Below, in pieces: positions 60,066-64,000 of a stretch of 64,000 nt of DNA. The stretch comes from an uncultured Chloroflexia bacterium (GTDB lineage: Bacteria; Chloroflexota; Limnocylindria; Limnocylindrales; CSP1-4): positions 640,001-704,000 of the forward strand of contig CAVVJT010000010.1 of assembly GCA_963748625.1 (NCBI GenBank), read 5' to 3'. The notes below the pieces were generated by a model, which made no database searches, was not told the DNA's origin, and worked only from the letters and a program-made list of their open reading frames with translations. The position numbers and the translations under genes were made by a program. The stretch's first letter is position 1; each line of letters begins with the position of its first letter.

Positions 60066-61481
60066 ATGCAGATCCACGCCATCGTCCTCGCCGGCGGTGA
60101 CGGCAACCGTTTCGGCGGTGAGTTGCCCAAGCAGTTCGTCCGCCTCGCGGGTGACCCGATCCTGCTGCGCACCCTCCGGCGGTTCGGGGCGGCCCGGCTC
60201 GACCGCGTCGTGGTGGTGGCGCACCCGCGCTGGCTGGACGAGACCACGCGGCTGGTGGGCGAGGCCGACCTGGGCGTGGACGTCCGGGTCGTGGCCGGCG
60301 GGGCCACGCGCAACGAGAGCACGCGCAACGGGCTCGCAGCCCTGGAGGCGGACGCCGCCGACATCGTGCTCGTCCACGACGCCGTGCGGCCGCTGCTGCC
60401 CTTGGAGGTTATCCAGCGCTCGGTCGAACCGATCATCTCTGGGCGCGCCGACGCCACGGACACCGTGATCCCCAGTGCTGACACGCTCGTGATCGTGGAC
60501 GGCGAGGACGTGGTGGAGATCCCCGATCGCAGCCGGTACCGCCGCGGCCAGACGCCCCAGACATTCCGGGTGGGCGTGCTGACCCAGGCCTACGAGGCGG
60601 CCGAGCGGGCGGGCGACCTCACCGCGACCGACGACTGCAGCCTTGTCCTGCGCTACGTGCCCGGCGCCCGGATGCTGGGAGTCGCGGGCGACGAGATCAA
60701 CCTCAAGATCACCACCCGGATCGACATGGTCATGGCCGACCGCATGCTCCAGATGAGCGTGCTGGTCCCGGGCGTCGAGCCGCACGCCACGTCGTCGCTG
60801 ACCGGTGCCCGCGTGTACGTCGTCGGGGGCACGAAGGGCATCGGCGGGGCGATCGCCGACCAGGCACGCCTGCTGGGCGCCCAGGCCGTGGTGGACGGCA
60901 CCTCCACGGGCCTCGACGTGCGCGACCACGCTGCCGTCGCGGAACGCATGGCGGCGGCCGCTGAGCGGATGGGCGGGATCGACCACGTCGTCTGCACGGC
61001 GGGCGTGCTGCGCATCGGGCCGCTTGCGGCGATGGACCCCGCGACCGTGGCCGAGGTGGTGGACATCAACCTCACCGGCAGCCTCAACGTCGCGCGGGCC
61101 GCCCACCCGTACCTCGCGGCCAGCCGCGGCTCGCTCACGCTGTTCACGTCGAGCTCGTTCACGCGCGGGCGCCCGAGCTACGTTCCCTACTCGGCGTCGA
61201 AGGCGGCCGTCGTCAACATGACGCAGGGTCTTTCCGACGAATGGGCCGACGACGGAATCCGGGTGAACGCGATGAGCCCGGAGCGGACCGACACGCCGAT
61301 GCGGCGCGAGGCGTTCCCTGCCGAGAACCGCGAGGGCATGCTGGGCGCCCAGGACGTGGCCCTGGCGACATTGCGGGTGATCCGCTCGGACCTCACCGGC
61401 CAGGTGGTGGACGTGAAGCACAGCGACCTGGCTCCGGACGACGTGGTGGGCACGGGCGGCCCCGGCCGCACCGCGTCCTGA
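60066..61481 (+). CDS. bifunctional cytidylyltransferase (IspD/TarI-like) + SDR reductase; putative CDP-polyol synthase
   Basis: LAGGDGNRFG..PKQF, VHDAVRP, GQTPQ, NLKIT; then GGTKGIG, YSASK. Confidence 0.9.
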   Translation: MQIHAIVLAGGDGNRFGGELPKQFVRLAGDPILLRTLRRFGAARLDRVVVVAHPRWLDETTRLVGEADLGVDVRVVAGGATRNESTRNGLAALEADAADIVLVHDAVRPLLPLEVIQRSVEPIISGRADATDTVIPSADTLVIVDGEDVVEIPDRSRYRRGQTPQTFRVGVLTQAYEAAERAGDLTATDDCSLVLRYVPGARMLGVAGDEINLKITTRIDMVMADRMLQMSVLVPGVEPHATSSLTGARVYVVGGTKGIGGAIADQARLLGAQAVVDGTSTGLDVRDHAAVAERMAAAAERMGGIDHVVCTAGVLRIGPLAAMDPATVAEVVDINLTGSLNVARAAHPYLAASRGSLTLFTSSSFTRGRPSYVPYSASKAAVVNMTQGLSDEWADDGIRVNAMSPERTDTPMRREAFPAENREGMLGAQDVALATLRVIRSDLTGQVVDVKHSDLAPDDVVGTGGPGRTAS

Positions 61482-61514
61482 CCGCCACCACCGTCCGGCC
61501 CGCGTGTCCCGCCC

Positions 61515-62639
61515 GTGACCCCGCTCGAGTACCGGCTCTCGGCCCTGGTGCTGCGCGCACTGGGTGCGCTGTTCGGACTCCTGCCCATCCGGCACAACCG
61601 GGTGGTGCTGGCCACCGCCCGGCTCGCCGTCCTCGAGGGCAATCTCCTGGGCATCCACGACGCGATCCGCCGGCTGCGACCCGATGCCGAGATCGTGCTG
61701 CTGCTGGAGCCATACGGCTATGGGCTCCTGGCGAAGGTCCGATATCTGCTGCGGCTCGTCCGGGGCATGTACCACGTGCGCACGGCCGGGCTGGTGGTGG
61801 TGGACAACGCGTGGCTGCCGGTCCACGTGGCACCCCATCGTGCCGGCACGACCATCGTCCAGGTCTGGCATGCGGCGGGTGCCCTCAAGCGCTTCGGCGC
61901 CGATGCGCTGACACCGCTGGCCGAGCCCGAGCGCAGGTTCCTCCACCGGTACTACGACTTCGTCGTGTCCAGCGGGGAGGCGTCCCGGGAGCCGTGGTCG
62001 CGCGCACTGCGGACACCCGTGGAGCGGGTGGTGCCGCTGGGCACGCCGCGGACCGACCTCTTCTTCGATCCCGCGGCCGTCGCCGCTGCCCGCGGACGCG
62101 CGCTGGCGGCGCACCCCGAGCTGGCGGGACGGCGTGTGATCCTCCACGCCCCGACGTTCCGCGGTCGTGGCGCGGCCAAGCGCGGCGACGACCAGCTCGA
62201 TGCGGTGGCACTGCGGGCCACCCTGGGGGCCGCTGACGCGCTGGTGCTCAAGTCCCACCCGAACCTCGACCCGAGAAGGGTCCGCACGGACGGCTACGAC
62301 GTGGTCGCTGCGCCGTCGGACGACATGAACGACCTGCTGGCGGCGGCCGACGTGCTGATCACGGACTACTCGTCGTCGGTGTTCGAGTTCGCGCTGCTGC
62401 GCCGGCCCCTGGTGCTGCTGGTGGGGGATCTCGAGTCGTACGAGCAGGACCCCGGCCTCTACCTGGACATGCGGAGCGACATGGTGGGGGCGCTTGTCAC
62501 CGACACGGCCGGCGTCGCGGCGGCTGTTGCCGCGGCCGAGGTGGACGAGGATGCCTACGACGCCTTCCTCGCACGCCACCTCGGCGGGTGCGACGGCCAC
62601 GCGGCGGAACGTTTCGTGGAGCGCTTCCTGCCGCGCTGA
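61515..62639 (+). CDS. second CDP-glycerol/ribitol phosphotransferase (TagB/TagF family)
   Basis: VQVWHAAGALKRFG, GTPRTD, HAPTFRG, KSHP, TDYSSSVFEF. Confidence 0.9.
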   Translation: MTPLEYRLSALVLRALGALFGLLPIRHNRVVLATARLAVLEGNLLGIHDAIRRLRPDAEIVLLLEPYGYGLLAKVRYLLRLVRGMYHVRTAGLVVVDNAWLPVHVAPHRAGTTIVQVWHAAGALKRFGADALTPLAEPERRFLHRYYDFVVSSGEASREPWSRALRTPVERVVPLGTPRTDLFFDPAAVAAARGRALAAHPELAGRRVILHAPTFRGRGAAKRGDDQLDAVALRATLGAADALVLKSHPNLDPRRVRTDGYDVVAAPSDDMNDLLAAADVLITDYSSSVFEFALLRRPLVLLVGDLESYEQDPGLYLDMRSDMVGALVTDTAGVAAAVAAAEVDEDAYDAFLARHLGGCDGHAAERFVERFLPR

Positions 62640-62661
62640 TCCGGGGTCCACGACATGGCGG

Positions 62662-64000
62662 TCAGCCCTTGGACTGTCCCGTTGTCCCGTCCGCGCCCGG
62701 CTGTAGGGCCTTGCCGGCCTTGGCAGCCCTGCGACCCTTGATCTTCCGCTTGAGGCCGGCCAGACGGGAGCGGACTCCGCGTGCCACGCGCCTGCTTTGG
62801 AGGCGCACCTCGCCTGACATCCGTTCCACGGGGCCCGCTGTCCTGATGCCCTCGATTCCGACCTGTCCCCCGGTGATCACCACCTCGCCGAGCGGAACCG
62901 GGCGTCCGTCCACGTGCAGGCCAAGCGGGTGGCGCCCGTCACCGAGGGCTGCGAGCGATGCCCGCCGGATGGTGAGCCGCACCCCGTCGTGGCGCGCCAC
63001 GGCGTGCTCACCGCGGACGGCCGGGTCCCCACCCGCCACCAGTGCGGTGGCACCGGCGACACGCTCGCCTGCCGTCATGGGCAGCACGACATCGAACCGG
63101 TCGTCATGGGCGACCAGCCACGGCCGGACGCTGCCCTGCCAGCCACCTGCGCCATCCACACCCGGGACGACCGTGAGGCTGACTGGCCTGCCCGGCTCGA
63201 CCACTGGCATCGCGGCGGCGGCATCGGGCCGCAGGAGCGCCGGGAGGAGCGCGCCGCGGGCGCCATCGGCCGGTGCGAGCGGACCCCGGATGTCCAGGCC
63301 AAGTCCCCGGATGCGGGCGACGACGCTCCACGGTCCGAGCGTGAGCGGGACGCCCGCTGGACCCATGGAATCCGGGCGGATCGTGATGGTGCCCCGCGCC
63401 ACGGGCACGACGTGGGACGCGTCCTCCCCGCGAGCGAGCTTGAGGCGGCTCCCGGCAGGGACGACCCACTCCACCCACCCGCCGGTCTCCTCGACCACCG
63501 CGTTCAGACGGTAGTCGTCGAGCTCGCCGGTGACGTCGGGCGGCCCGTCGAGGATCCCTTCGGTCAGGCGCGGGTCGAGGTACACGCGCCCCCCGGCCCG
63601 GAGCAGCGTGAACGGCGCGCCGTCATCCCACAGCAGCCGCGCGCGGTAGCTGATGTCCAGCGCCCCGTCCTGCGTGCGCCATCCCGTCGCGACCGCGTCC
63701 ACGCGCAGACGGGCCTCACGATCGACGAGCCTCTCCAGCTGCTCGAAGCGGCCTTCCCGCAGGAGCGTGGACCGCAGGCGGATGACCGCTCCGAGGCCGT
63801 CGTGGACACGGTCGTCGAGGCAGTCGAGCGCCAGGGCGCGCATGGCGTCGAAGACGCGGCGCCGGTACGCCGTGTCGCCGGCATCCCAGGCGGGATCGGC
63901 AAGGCGGCCCAGCATCTCGGTGCGGTAGAAGCGGCGCAGGAATCGCGCGCGTTCGTCGGGTGGCTCAGCCTCGGCCCGCACCAGGTCCAGGATCCGTCGC
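62662..64000 (-). CDS. C-terminal part of a large protein, possibly a TarS-like glycosyltransferase (truncated by window edge)
   Basis: open frame to the window end; helical segment (RRFYRTEMLGRL) then beta-rich region; function inferred from context only. Confidence 0.5.
   Translation of the reverse strand, partial: RRILDLVRAEAEPPDERARFLRRFYRTEMLGRLADPAWDAGDTAYRRRVFDAMRALALDCLDDRVHDGLGAVIRLRSTLLREGRFEQLERLVDREARLRVDAVATGWRTQDGALDISYRARLLWDDGAPFTLLRAGGRVYLDPRLTEGILDGPPDVTGELDDYRLNAVVEETGGWVEWVVPAGSRLKLARGEDASHVVPVARGTITIRPDSMGPAGVPLTLGPWSVVARIRGLGLDIRGPLAPADGARGALLPALLRPDAAAAMPVVEPGRPVSLTVVPGVDGAGGWQGSVRPWLVAHDDRFDVVLPMTAGERVAGATALVAGGDPAVRGEHAVARHDGVRLTIRRASLAALGDGRHPLGLHVDGRPVPLGEVVITGGQVGIEGIRTAGPVERMSGEVRLQSRRVARGVRSRLAGLKRKIKGRRAAKAGKALQPGADGTTGQSKG

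Noticed and set aside
60015-62651. 878-aa minus-strand ORF
   Set aside because: Antisense to two well-supported plus-strand genes.

Overview
A GC-rich bacterial core-genome window, most likely Chloroflexota: the 16S has the short helix near E. coli 1120-1150 typical of the phylum. Class Limnocylindria/Ellin6529-like is only a guess. Almost all genes lie on the minus strand. In transcription order they are: tRNA-Ser x2, large Alu-type SRP RNA, dnaX-ybaB-recR, one rrn operon (16S-Ile-Ala-23S-5S), a LysM membrane protein, rpsA, clpC-radA-yacL-ispDF-cysS-rlmB, tRNA-Thr x2-tuf-rpmG-tRNA-Trp-secE-nusG-rplKAJL-rpoBC, and the str/S10/spc operons to infA. An fpg/nei gene lies on the plus strand, divergent from rpsA. 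The right end holds a TadA-like gene, an MFS transporter, PPi-type pfk, a dehydrogenase and the start of a teichoic-acid-like polyol-phosphate cluster. No mobile elements or CRISPR arrays were seen. The main unusual signals are: a TadA homologue with HAV in place of the catalytic HAE (Tad3/ADAT3-like pseudo-enzyme); an Actinobacteria-like H54a insertion in 23S rRNA; long repetitive low-complexity extensions on RlmB, S1 and RpoC (three NPFL motifs); natural substitutions at antibiotic-target sites (RpoB H526S, S12 DLPG->DLPS); and apparent frameshifts in rpsA and fpg that may be assembly errors. All calls were made by eye, without database searches.
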